The notes under the pieces were generated by a model that saw only the letters and a list, made by a program, of their open reading frames with translations, was not told where the DNA came from and searched no databases. A program made the position numbers and the translations under genes. 64,000 nucleotides of DNA from Cyanophora paradoxa CCMP329 (lineage: Eukaryota; Plantae; Glaucophyta). This document shows, one piece after another, positions 37,843 through 50,839 of the stretch. Numbering within the stretch: position 1 is the stretch's first letter; each line of letters begins with the position of its first letter. The stretch covers positions 682,001-746,000 of the forward strand of contig QPMI01000017.1 in the NCBI GenBank assembly GCA_004431415.1, written 5' to 3'.

Positions 37843-40800
37843 ATGATCAGAGGCGCGTATACGTATGCATGCAGGAGTGCTTCTCGCTCGAGCTCAGCGC
37901 CATGCATATGGCCATGGCCAGCTGCAGCTATTGTCTTCGGGCTCTGGTTAATAGCGATTGCGCCGGCGGCTCCGGCCGCTAGAGCGCAGGTCGTGATCTT
38001 GCCAACATCTAGCACTGTCTGCGCTGTTGGAGCGCCCTGCAGCGTGGCATGGAGCTCCGGAGACGGCTACAGTTATGCCAGCATTTGCCGCCAACCCGAA
38101 GGGGGTCGCGACCAACTTTGCTTCACCAAATCAAGCAGCGCGCCCTGGGGGGCAGAAGGACTGGCTCGTTTTACACTTCTCAGTAATGAATACTGGTATT
38201 TATGCAATGCCAAACGCGCTATTGCCATTGGAACCGGTGGGAGGTGCGTATGGGGCGCGCGGGGCGATCTAGATCTTCGGGTCCAGCTTATAATTAATGT
38301 TGGAGGCGATCCGCCATTCGCATACAGATGCACGGGGTACTTCATCATCTCATATTTCTGGAAGGACCCTTCAATTTCTTTATTACAAATCTCTCACACG
38401 GTCCGCTCTGTAGAATTTGAAGGCGGTACGTATACGCTACTAGTACTTGATCTACTTGACGTGTCAAGGTTCTCGTGATCAAATACATGCGCAGCTGAAG
38501 TAGCGATCGAGTCAAGCTCAGCATCCGCACGCGCGTGCACCGCACATGTGCCTTGCAGATTGAGCTGGAGCACCTCGTGGCCTCGCACGTCTAACAGAAC
38601 ATCGTGGTCAGTGAGTTTTAGGATATGCAGCATGAACGCCACACAATCAGCCGTATCCTGGTCGTTTGTGTGGGGTGAGGGTTGTTCTTCGGTGCATAGT
38701 TTTGTGCATCAACAGGACTCAAGCGCTGCGTCAACGTCCGCGGAAATCAGCATTTATATACCATACTTTGCCTTTCGAGTCGGTTGTGAATTCAACGATG
38801 AATTTTGGTATGCAATAACCTTGCGCGGATCATTATATTTAATTAAAATATGTACACATTCTGGCAGGTGCGATGCGTTCATAATTGTCGCCATCGACGA
38901 CGCGTTCATGGCAAAGCGTGCCATTACGATTGTTGCGAGCCCTATTCTTGTGAATAATTGGCACGACTGGTCGTCGGATAAATGCACAGCCTCAAGATCT
39001 CGATTCTTACAAGCTTTGGATGGATATGCACGCTCTGAGAACGAGGGAAGGGGGTGTGGAGTCTACTGGACTGCCCAAGTCGAAATATACCTTCAAATTA
39101 GGCTCGAACTTCCGCCAGTAGACGTTTACATATGCCCTTCTCCATCGTACTCCAGTTCTTCCTGTATCAATGTGCGGAGCGATTTTCGCACATTTATTCG
39201 CATCGCGATCGAGTTCCAGTTCTCACGTGCACGTCTAATTATAAATCTACACGCAGATTTTCATCTCGACAACAGCGAACAGCGCAACATTCTACCCATT
39301 TTTAGAGGATGTAAAGAAGATTTGTGGGTAAGAGCGTACGACAGACAATTGTTTTGATTATCATTTGCCATTCGTGTATATATATTTATATATTGCATGT
39401 TCTATCGATTCGAATTCTCGAATTCGAACTCCGGATCCAGTCTTATTGCTCTGATTTTCGGTTCTGCTACAGGGAAACGCTCAAATGCAATGCGTCCTGG
39501 GTTATTCGGCCTGCGCATGCCAGATGGGCTGAGAGCGATATGTCGACGTCTATCGACGGGACGCGTCCTGTTCTGTTAATGTACACCGGAGTGGCAATCT
39601 CAGAGAGCACAGCGTCGTCGTGTGCGACCTCGGCTCCCAAATGTTCAATATCCTGGTCGTGGTTTGCCACCGGATCCATCTTTTCAAATGGAGCCGGCCG
39701 CGTGCACATATGCAAGAATGTGCATGCCTATATAAACGAGAGGGGTTGGCCAAGTTCTTTGTCTGTAGCTGGAATTCTTCAATCAGGGTCCTGTGTGAAG
39801 GTAACTTCCCAAGACCGCTTGTAATGTTAATAATCATGATCATGCATATGATCATGATCATGAGTAGATCGGTTCTTCTGAAAAGTCGTCAATGGACGCC
39901 GTGATAACTGACAGCATTATCGCCCAAGTCTGCGGGTGCGCACAAGACTGCGCTGTCTGCTCCACTGCGCAGTACTAGTGGGCTTGTTCAATTTACGGGG
40001 CTGTCGTAGGGACCACATCACCACATGCGATGCGATGTGGATCCTGAACGGAGACGATTTCAAGAGTCTGAGGCTTGTGGGAGATAAAATTACAATAGCA
40101 AAAGCCTCGACGGCTTGCTGGAGCCCGCATGGAGCCGTCACCGAAACCTGCTTCCTGTCATGGATAGGAGGGCTGTTACCGATTGAAATCTATGTCTGCA
40201 AAGAAAATAGTTTTGTCAGAGATTCGTGCATGGTGGTAAGTTATTCTTGGTATGCGCACGCTTCGAGCTACGAGCTGTAATTTGCACTGATGAGCCTATA
40301 TATATCCCAACCTACGACAGATTGAAAGAAATTATTCTTCACCTGCACGCAGTTTCACTTACCAACCTGCGAGAGATGTAGTTTCTCGCATTTGCGGGTA
40401 TGTAGGTTTTCAAAAAAAAGTGCACGTATACAAAATATATCTCTCATTAATGATTCCATCTCAAAGTGCAGAAAAGTTTCTTTGCAGCGCATTCTGGGTG
40501 GTACGACCAGCGGGGCAGACAAACACTAATAATACATTGGATGAATCGAGCCCGCTAGCTTTGCACCTTGCTTACACCGAAATCCTGCCTTCCACATCTT
40601 CTCGCTGCTCTTCCACGTCGGGAGTATCCTGCAGAATTCTCTGGTCAGGAGCCTTTTCGAAATACGACATTTACTTCTGCAAAGAACAATCGTTTTCATC
40701 TGCGTCCTGCGTCACTCTTGCGTCCTCGATTTCAACAGCGTCTTTCGAACCGAAGAATCTCTGGGATCTGTACGTTACCCAAGGAACTGTCTATCGATTG

Positions 40801-43379
40801 TGCGGGTGCACTATTTGCGAAGGTGACTTATTTTGCAATTGCGCACATGACATGTCATGTTTTCGAAGGGAGGGGGATATCTCGTGCTCTGGTTTCTGGT
40901 TCATTCGCCCGAACGGTCAGCCCGAGTCGAATCACTTTTCCGAGGCCTCTCGCTATCTTGCGCTACGATCCGACGAGATTGTACTTTCTCCATCCTCGAG
41001 CTCCGCGGGCTATTCGAGCTCGACGTGCTCCACTGGAAGTCGACGGTGTTCGATCTCTTGGACTGGACTTCCTTACCCCTCTTTTGCAATCTACATATGC
41101 GGTTGGCAACTACGATCCCATCCGTTCGACACTAGCTCAAAACTATCGTTCTGTAGTGTGGTAGGCCCTTGCATATGCATATTTGCGCCTTCGCGTTCAG
41201 GTAGCAGATCGTGATATTGCATGCGTTCAGGTAGCAGATCGCGTAACGCGGCAGAATGCTTCGTTTACAATCGAAATTGCTGCAGTTGTAAAAGCCTGCG
41301 GGTGAGTATCTGATATCGATATTTATATTGAATGTTGATTAATTCGGTTTCATGACAATGAACCAAATGGCAGAACCGGATTAGTCGGCTGCAACGCCTA
41401 CATTGTCGTCGAGGCTCAATCACGACTTCCTACAATAAAGAACGCAAGGAATGCTTTGCAATCCACCGCCGCATACGCACTTCAGAGAATTGCAATTGCA
41501 ATCGATGTGCTTCCCATTAAAATAGAGGCGTTCTCGTGCACTTCGCAGCTGTCTCCAATAAACTGCACTGTCGATTGGCTCGTCGACCCCAAGCATATTC
41601 TGAGCGAGCCCGTCGTAGCTAAGCTTGCCGCATCCACAAACATCGATCTGGCATTGTGCCCCATGGCCAACTTGACCGAGCTCGAGCTCGAGCCTACAAT
41701 GATATTGATGGCTCGTCAATGCCGAAACCTGCGGACATATACCTCAAATTCGGTGCGTCTCAAAATTCAATGCAAGTCCAGATTAACATGCAACTGACAA
41801 TACGGCGAATAATCACCATGCGACAACATATTTATCTAGCTTGCACTTGAGCTTGCGAACGTCCACTCTGAGAAATTTGCGCTCGATGACATCGACACCG
41901 ACATACGTACATGCAATCGCGAAAAGTAAAACTTGACTTCTATGTTTTTAAAACTTGGTTTTAGTGGGTATAAACTGCGTTTCCGCAGTCCTTGCAAGCA
42001 TTTGGCCATGCTTTTCTCGAAAAACGTTCAAACGCAAGTCGAGGAAGTTGTAATTCTGGATGTAACCATTTTCAAACCTACGATCGCGATCAATACCAAT
42101 GCTTCTTCATCGAGCTGCTGGGATAGTTGCATCGTCACCTGGAGCAGGGAAGCCAACGTCAACATATTTTTGTGTCCGTTCGCCAAACTCCTCGCCGACT
42201 CTTGTGTTGAGGTGAGCAAAAAGCATGAATGCGATCATGTTTATTGAGGTGCTTTAATATCTGAGAAACGTTTCGCATTCACGTTCAGATTGGCTCAAAC
42301 ATACAGGGGACATCATTCAAATTCGCACTCAAGGAGAGCCAGTACGACGCACTCTGCAGGTACGCATGCGTTCCACGGTTTCATTCCTATCTAACACTAT
42401 TACCTCTTCGGTTTCATTAATATTCTTCTTCTGTCTAACACTATACGACCGCAGATTTAGAGAATCTGCGTATTCGTATGTGAATTGCTCGGCTTTTGTT
42501 GTTGTGCAACCACTGCCTGAGTTCAAGGATGACTTCAGCATGACTCCAGTTGAACTGAGAGGTCCTCCTCGGTCGCAGCTGCAGCCGTCAAATTTTGCAA
42601 CGGGATTTTATTCACAGCTGCAGGAGGAGCGTCTTCTGAAACTTAAATCATCGCTCGCCATAGTCCTCCCTATTCTAATTTCTGGAGTTGTTTCATTGTG
42701 GATAGCACGAAGATGCAGCAGCTTCGATAGAGCGAACTCAATGCAGGAAAACGTGCGACGACTCAGTGCGGGCCACGCGTTACTCTTCCTCGCACAAGCC
42801 CTCTTCATGGCTCTGGCTGCGGGCCTTCCAATGTGGACTGGAGCTGGGGCGAACGAGCCCTCCTCCCCGTTTAGAATGGATCTGCTGCGTGTACATACTC
42901 CAGGGGGGAGCAAAACGTTAATCGAGATCTGCGATGAGGTGACATCGTCTCGTTATCAAGACAGAATCCCAGAATGCGAACTTGCGTGGACCTTTTTCGC
43001 CGCATTTGTGACCGAAATAGCTGGATTTGTCATTTCGTTGATCGGCGTCGCAAGCAATATTCGTTCGTATTTGAACCAGTCAATCCATCCTTCGCACATG
43101 CCCTCTATACTTGCTCTGCACGTTACGTGCGTCTTTCAATCTACAGCGGTTCTAGTCCTTGTTCTTGTCGCTTCGGGTAGATACGTCGGGATACCCCTGC
43201 TCATTTCAGCCCCTCTGGGCCCGTGTGTCGGCCTGCAGCTAGCCGCAATTACCACAGCTACTGCCGGCTGTTATGGCAGCATGCGCGCTCTGCATCTCCG
43301 TGGAGCGATTTTCGCGGCGCCGCCTCTTGGAGACAGTCGTCCGTCTGCTCCCGTCTTCCCGGTCCGTGATTTCATCTAG
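37843..43379 (+). CDS. Predicted surface receptor: signal peptide, about 9 Cys/Ser-rich extracellular repeats, a TM helix and a claudin/PMP22-like C-terminal multi-TM module (spliced, lower GC than its neighbours)
   Basis: Signal-like IVFGLWLIAIAPAAPAARA-Q. Repeats of the form xI..S...C....C.(I/L/V).W...(D/E)IY.C...SC ... C.(G/A)FW.(I/V)RP. ORF 42366-43379 has LAIVLPILISGVVSLWI, then ALFMALAAGLPMW...C...C...FVTEIAGFVISLIG and further TM segments. Confidence 0.55.
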
Positions 43380-43707
43380 ATCTTGAATCGCGATATTTGA
43401 AAAGCACCGCAAGCCCCATCCCTTTCTGCAAATTTGTGATCATGACGCCCACGTGTTCGATTCTGCAGACGCAGGCGGCAACGCATGGCATGCGCACGAT
43501 AGATCCGGAGATCGCAGGTTTAGGGGGCAATTACAAGTACCAATCTCCCAGCTCTAGCTAAAACCTCCTATGTCCCACATATTAAAACGCTTCCTGAATT
43601 TCGAATGGCAAAGTAGCTGAAAGTGTATATCGTAAACACATTGAAGAAATACATAAATTGAGTCCAATACCCAATCAATAATTTCGGTGTTCACCCCCTT
43701 GAGCTTC

Positions 43708-44701
43708 CCCCGACCGCGAGCTGGGGCCGGGGCCGCCGGCCGCGCCGACACGATCGGCCTCATGGCCTTCGTCGCCACCGCCGCCGCCTACGGCTTCAAG
43801 TACGACGACGTGCGCCGCGAGCTCCAGATTAAATTTTCTAGTCGGGGCGCTCTTTTGATATTTAATCTTTAGATCTTATTATTGGGGCGCTTTCTTCTTA
43901 AGGCCTTTCGCTGTTCGGCGCGCAGGACACGAAGCTGGCGGTGCTGCACCGGATGTGGGACCTGGCGGATCCGCCGGGCCGGAGGAGTCGGTGGCGCAGG
44001 CGGTGCGGGGCCTGAAGGACAGCGTCGCGCGGCCCCGCGCCTACGTCAACGCCATCCAGGCCATGTCCCGCTTCAAGCGGGTCCGCCCCTCCCCTCCCAC
44101 CTCCTCCTCGGCCTCTAGATCTTCTCCCAAGCCTAGCCTGGCCTGCATCCAACGACCCCGCCAGATCCTGGAGGTGTCGGCGAAGATGTCGGCGGGGCTC
44201 TCGGCGGCGGAGATGGACGAGTACATCGACACGTACCGCGCCCTCGTCGGCGAGGTCCCCCAGGAGGCCCGCGAGCGCGTCCTCGCGGTGCGCCCTGCTT
44301 GTTCAGAAGAATTCCGGGGCGCTGCACGGTCCGCTGACCACGGGGCCCGGGGCCCGCGCGCGCGCGCAGCACCTAGGCCTGCAGGTCGCCGGCGGGATCA
44401 AGACCTGGGGCGCCGCGACCGTCGCCGAGTCGCAGGCGCGCCTGCACGCCCCCGAGCTCGGGCCCGGCCCGCCGCCGCCGCCCCCGCCGCCCGCGCCGCC
44501 GGCAGCGCCGCCGGCGCCGCTGGAGGCGCCGAGCTCGACGGCGTCGCTGGCCCGGTCGGGCGCCCCCTCCGTGCAGTCCCACCGCTCCCTCGCCCACTCC
44601 GCCTCCGCCTCGGCCTCGGCCGCCGGCGACGCCCCCGCCCCAGCGGCCGCCCCCGCCCCGCCCCCGCCGCGTCTAGGCCCCCAACTCCGCCCCAAGCGTG
44701 A
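43708..44701 (+). pseudogene. Partial 3' duplicate of the AXDND1-like gene (copy of 34351-35328, introns included)
   Basis: Near-identical exons and related introns (ADTIGLMAFVATAAAYGFKYDDVRR...ILEVSAKMSAGLSAAEMDEYIDTYRAL...PTPPQA*). The copy carries extra small insertions, one of them frameshifting at about 43964-43983. Confidence 0.85.
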
Positions 44702-44912
44702 CTCAGTGAACCACGTTTTGTTTTTGCAAGGGGGGAAAGAAGACCGAAGGTCTTCCCCCCTTGCTTCCCGTTCCCTCGCTTCAGCCAAAATTTCTTCTAT
44801 GAGGCCGTTTTCGAGGTCCAGTTTGCAACGCGGGAAAAAAATGGGCCGAAATTCGGTTGCAGCGACACGTGTTTGTCGCTGCGGCCGTCCATGCAAAAAA
44901 AGGTTTTCGAGG

Positions 44913-45420
44913 GCGAAGACCAGTTTTCCTTGACTTGAAGCCTGGAAACCAACTTCTCTCTCATTCCGATCTTCGAATTCCTTAAGCTTCCGCGGTTCTA
45001 GCGAAGACCAGTTTTCCTCGACTTGAAGCCTGGAAACCAACTTCTCTCTCATTCCCGTCTTCGAATTCCTTCCGCGGTTCTGCATGGAACCAGTTCTCCC
45101 TATAGCTAGCTGTCTCCTGTAGATTTCGGCTTCCTCGCAGTGCGTCGCGTACGCCTTGCTCTTCGTTGCGCGGTTCTGCATGGAACCACTTCTCCCTAGC
45201 TGTCTTGCTCGATCTCCTCTAGATTTCCACTTCCTCGCACTGCGCCGCGTACGCCGCACGGAATTTCTTAAAACTTCCGAAGTTCTCCCTAGCTGTCTTG
45301 CTCGATCTCCTCTGGATTTCCACTTCCTCGCACTGCGCCGCGTACGCCGCACGGTACCCGTGCCGCCTGATCTACTTTTGACTGCATCAAGCTTGCACCG
45401 CAGCACGTGCACCGAAGCAC
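44913..45420. repeat. Compound tandem repeat (units of about 80-90 bp), copy 1 of a dispersed repeat family
   Basis: GCGAAGACCAGTTTTCCT...GAATTCC occurs twice and (GCATGGAACCA)...TTCTCCCTAGCTGTC...CGCGTACGCC three times. Homologous to 50840-51125. Confidence 0.85.
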
Positions 45421-46709
45421 GCGCAGCCCGTGGGCCGGATTGGCCCGTACCGCGTAGCTTTTCCTCGCGATCCAGCCTCTGCTCGCAGCCGCATCGCTGC
45501 GCCGACCTCGTTGGCGCCCCGGCCGCTGTCCCTTCGCGCCGGGCGGTCTTGCGAGCTGACCAGCTCTTGCAAGCGGATCAGCGGCAAACCGATCGCGAGC
45601 GTTCGAGTTGCGAATAACAAAGAGCGGCGCGTGTGCAGCTGCAGCGCGTGAACAGTGAGTAAGCGAGATCATTGCGTGCACGAGAATCCGGGCGTGAACT
45701 GATCATGAGCTTCGGCACTGAGCTTACTAAGTTAACGTTAGTGCTCCCGCCGGACGGATTCCGGCACGCCGCGTCCAGCTGGCCGTCAGGAGCGGCCCCC
45801 GACGTCGGCGGTCTCGTGTCTGTGCTCGGAGCGGCTGAGAAGCCGCTGCTCATCCTCGCCGAGTCGTCCGCGAGCTCCCCGACCGGGCTGGCTTCCCCCC
45901 CACGCGCGAGCAAGCCGTCGCCTTCGCTTTAGCGACCGTCGAAGTTAAGCACTCGCGGCTGCACGGCAGGATAGCTTCGTCGTTCGCTTTGTCGGGTGCG
46001 TGAAGATTCATTGAAGTGGACCGCCCATAGCTCACCTCTGTTTATAATTGCCACGGCAGGCCTGCGATCGAGGACCTCCAAATGGGAGTCCTCAACCGCC
46101 TCCGTGACGCCGGCCTCGCGGATATCGAAATTCAAGACCTTGTCTACCAGATGCGCAGCGGGAGCGAGCAGCGCGCCAGCCGCGTGGCTCTGCGGGCGCT
46201 CGAAGCGGCGGGCCGCCTCACCATGCTCTCGCAAGACGGCTCTCTTCAGGACCGCCGCCGCTGGCTGCCGCTCACCCCCATGGGCGACTTCCGCCTCGAC
46301 CCGCTCCAGAAGGCCTGGATCGCCTATGTTTACGGCGAGCCCTCTGCAGACAACACCATCATCTTTTAGCCAGCTGTTCAGGGTTAGGGGTAGGCCGCGC
46401 GAACACAAATGATGCGCAGCGTTTTTCCGCTCCAGACCAGTCTTTCATATACAGTGCGCTGAATCTGGCCTTTCATTCAGGCTTTTCTTTATTCGGTTAG
46501 ATCGCAGCGTCTGCATATCAGCCCTTTTCTACTCTTTGCAATCATATATAATCTGTGTCTATCTTTACTATATATATATAGCTACTTCAACCTGCCGCGC
46601 GCGCTGGGCCGGGGTCGATCTACATCTGCCCCGTGCATGTTCGTGCCACTACTACTCTTTCATTACATCCCGATTCCCCCCTTGCACCCCCGGCGCGCCA
46701 AAACGCGGC

Positions 46710-47035
46710 CGGGCCACTAGTAAGGGAGACTTCGAGACACTCGGACACCTCATGAGCAAGGCCTAGGCCTGCGCATGCAGATAGCTATCGTGCACTCCCC
46801 CAGCACCCCCCTACCCCACGCTAGCTGGCGCTGCAGATCGCTAGCGCTCTCGTGCTCAACTGCAATCGCACTCTCCCCTGGAGCCTGCCAGCGGCCCCCT
46901 AGCTCCCCCCCCCCCCCCCCCCCCCCTCCCTCCCCACTACCCCTTACGTATACCCTACGTATACTACCCCACGCTGGCGCCGTGCACGTGGCGGCCTGGG
47001 GAGGGGAGCCGAAGGCGCTGCAGGCTGGGGCTGGC
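46710..47035. repeat. Diverged copy of 35360-35595 (continuation of the segmental duplication)
   Basis: Shared blocks: AGCAAGGCCT, GCTAGCGCTC..GTGCTCAA, TCGCACTC, GCCAGCGGCCCCCTAGCT and CCCCACGCTGGCGCCGTGCACGTGG. Confidence 0.7.
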
Positions 47036-47958
47036 TACAGGCCTAGGCCTGGATAGTCCCGGAGGTTAGCTCTACTAAGTGAGAGGGTCAGCCGGCCGCG
47101 GGGCCGGGCCCCTCGTGTCGACGTCTAGATCATCGAATCCCCGTGCCGTCGACCTGTAGAGGGAGCACTGGGAGCACTGGGCGCAAAAACCTTTTTTGCT
47201 CGGATAGGTCAGGCCAGGCAGGAACTCGAAGGGGGTTGCCCTCGTACGCGTCCCCACGCGCCGGACCGTATCGGGAGCACTGGGAGCACTGGGAGCGGGC
47301 CCTGCGGCCCGGCCCGTGCGGAGCCCGTGGTAAGCTTGCGGTGCGTGCTTAAGCTTATAAACGCGCGTAGCATCAGCGTCAGTTCCTAGAGCAGCGCATG
47401 CGTTTGAATCAAAATCATGATCACCAGTGCCACGGTGCATGCCGAATTCAAAATTAATATTGCTGAGATCATCGGATGTGCATTCTGGGCCCACGTTAAC
47501 GTCGACCTTAAGCTTGACGAATTATATGAATCCCGTTGCGATATCAACTCAATTGCAATTAAAGAATTGAAGCTTGCCGAATTTCAATCTCGATCTCGCT
47601 GATCACGAGTCGGAGTCAGCGCGAATTTCAGCACCGCGAAATTTGCAGTCGATCTCAATCAGCGCTCAGCGGCTTATGCGATCTTCAACGCCATTTCTTA
47701 GTGAGTTGGGGCTCCCGGCCCGGGCCCATAATTTGATCCAGCTCGCTCGCGAGCTCAGCTTGGCAAGTTCAAAATTGATCGACCACGAAGCTTGAAGGGT
47801 ACAGCCTTCAGAAGTTTGCCCGATCGAATTCGAACGCGGCAATCTCGAGCGCAAGCGCAATTTCGGGTGCGCTGCGCGTCAGGTGCTCCAGAACCGGTCC
47901 CCGCATAAAATCGGCGCTCATATGCGTCAAACGCAGCGAGCGAACGAGCTGTCACGCC

Positions 47959-50421
47959 ATGCCGATTTTTCTCGACTTCGCCGTGCCATTCGGCATACAG
48001 CAGACGCCGAGGAACGCGTTCCTGCCTGTCGCCTCGGATGGCCCGCCGGATCGCTTCGACCCATTCCTCGACGATCGCTTCGATCACGCCTACTTGGGCG
48101 ATTGTACGGCTCGCCGACCGCGATCGCGAGCACTTGCTATATATCGAATTCGAGTGACGTTCCGCGCGCAGTGCATCGTTGGGCGAGTGAGCCCGATGTT
48201 TCCGCCGACGTGAAGGAGGCCGCCCAGAAGTGAGCCGGAGGGCGCCGCGCGTCTCCCGCGCATCGCTCATCTAACGCGGGCTCGCGAAGGACGTTCGAAG
48301 CCTGGCGCCACCCGACCGGCTCGCCGAAGCGCGTCGGGATGGCGCGGAGGGCGCTGCAGGTCTGCCCCCACATGTCTGAGGCTTTTTATCTCCTCGGCTG
48401 CGAGGCGGAGACCCGCGAGGTGCTTTGAAATGCGTCTGCGCGCGATTCGCCGCTGAAGTTTCGCAGGAGGCGCTGCGCTGGTTCGAAAAAGGCGCGGAGG
48501 CGGGCCCGCTGCTCGTCGGCACGCAGGAATTCGAGGCGGCTCGCCGCGAGGGGCACGCTTTCGAACGACCCCTCATGCGCAGCTTCTATCGCGTGCGCAT
48601 GCACCCTTGCATTTGCACATGCATGCGCATGCGTGCTTGAATTCATGATCAAACCCGTCGCGATTAATTATAATATTGATATCTATTCGGCGCCCCCGCG
48701 CGCGCAGTGCCTTTTCGGGGCGGCGAACACGCTGCGCAAGATGGGCAGGTACAAGGAGGCGTACGCGAAGTACAAGCGCCTCCTCGAGTTCGACGCGAAC
48801 CCGTGCGCGCCACGGCCGTGGCTGCGCATGCCCCCGGCCCCTCGAGCTCGAGCTCGGTCGGGATGCAGTCTGCGCCCCACGGCCGCGCGCTGATCGTGAC
48901 CGCGACGGGCCTTCGTTCGCAATGGCAGGCACGCGTACAGCTCGGCGATCAACCCGTACCCGAGCTTCGTAGAGTGCCTGCTGGGCCTTGGCAGGTGGGG
49001 CGAGGCGGCGGCGTACCTCTACTCGCAGGAGGAGGAGATGCTGGCCCTCGCGAAGAAGCCCTCCTCCTACCTCACGTGGACCTACACCCGCATCCTCGTC
49101 GCTCTCAAGGCCCGCGCCCCCGTTCAATACTAATTCTTCAATCCGATTTGCATCTTGTGTCGTCCTAAGAGCCGCCACGCAGCTGGGGAAGGTGCCGGAA
49201 CTTCAGGAGCAACCCGTCCTGAAGGACCTGCTGACCGCCTTCTGGGACGGCGTCTGCGCGACCTGCGCGCGCTTCCACTCCTGCTGCGAGCGCGAGCCCC
49301 CGAGCGCGGAGCGGCTCGCGAGGGGCCACGTCTGCGTGCCGGACCCCGTGCTGGCGCTCCTCTCGGGGGACTCGCTCCCCGAGGGGCGCGACCCGCCCCT
49401 CGTCGAGGCGCACTCCGAGGCGGCCGCCCGCAGCTACGTCCGCCAGTTCGGCAAGCACTGGCGCGGTGCGCGCACGCATGCGCGGTCCCTGCAGCTGTCT
49501 AGATCTGGATCACAAGCACACACGTTTTCGCAGTCCGTTTCTAGATCTAGTCCGTTTTCGCAGTCCGATTTTCGCAGTTGCACCAGTACTAATACTCCGA
49601 ATATTCAATCTATTTAATTTCTAGATTCTCACTTGCAATTGGGGGTGCACGCTCATGCCGCGTGCGCAGCGGAGCCGGAGGCGCTCGCAAAGCTACTCGC
49701 GATGGACCGCATCGTGCGGAGCCGCTGCGGCGGCAATGCGCCCGACCGCGAGTGCCCCCTGAAGGTGCCTCCGCCCGCCCCGCGCCCCGGCCCCGCCGAT
49801 CGCGACTCGGGCCGCGGGGGCAGGTGATCGAGGAGTTCGGCTGCCCGTGCTGCGGATTCTCGGCCATGGAGCTCTTGGGCGCGAGCCCGAGTTCGAACTC
49901 GAAGAGCCCGTCGCCCCCAGCCGCAGCCGCAGCGGGCACGAAAGCGGCTGCCCGCGGGGGCCCCTCGAGCTCGCCGCCGCCCCCGACCGCGAGGCAGCCG
50001 GCGTCCGCGCCCGCGGCGCCTGAAAACCGCAGCGGGGAGAACGAGCCGCCGCCGAACGACGTGCAGGCGTGCGGCAACTGCGGCCGCTCGGGGGACGGCC
50101 TCATGCGGTTCGGCTGCGCCCCTCCAGCGCCCCCCCGAGGTCCCCCGCGCCAGGCCGAGGCCGAGGCGGGTTGGTCAGGTGCGGGGCGTGCCGCCAGGCG
50201 CACTACTGCGGAGAGCGCTGCCAGCGCGCCCACTGGGGCGCCCACAAGGTTTGCAATTAATATTGGGGCCCTCCGGGGGCCCCTCCCCCGCTCCCTTAAG
50301 CTTGGCCCGCCGCGCACGGCCGACCACCCCGCAGGCGGCCTGCAAGGAGGCGGCGCAGAGGGCTGCCGCCGCGCCTAGCGCCGCCACGTTCACCGCTCGC
50401 CTCGCAGCTCTCCGGACGTAG
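47959..50421 (+). CDS. ST7-like TPR protein with a C-terminal MYND zinc finger (spliced; start approximate)
   Basis: EAWRHPTGSPKRVGMARRALQVCP..SEAFYLLG, EALRWFEKGAEAG...RSFYR|CLFGAANTLRKMGRYKEA, and MYND CGNCGR...LMR|CGACRQAHYCGERCQRAHWGAHK|AAC. Confidence 0.7.
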
Positions 50422-50839
50422 ACTCAGATTTCGTCCAACTTGCAATCACGTTGGGCGATATTCGAATCCCTTCGTCTCGCCCATGAGCAGCGGCATGCGC
50501 AGCCCGCGCCTGCAATCCGCTGCATATTTCCGAGTCTCGAGTTCTGTTGACGTTGCTGCCAGCTTGGCAGCGCTGATCATGATCATGATCCATATGCAAA
50601 TCCTTCGATTCGAGCTTAGAAAGTTTCAAACTACTTCTGTATAGAATTTCGCCAGATTCTGAGCTTGAGACATCTGCAGCTGCTTTCCCATGCCTATCAA
50701 AAAGTAAAGGCTGCCAGCCGCTGTGCAGCTGCAGTTAAATATGCACATTTGTACATGTACATGTGTAATCTCGCTGATCGTGATCATAAAATCAAACCTC
50801 TCGTGATCGTGATCGTGTAATCTCGCTGATCGTGATGGG

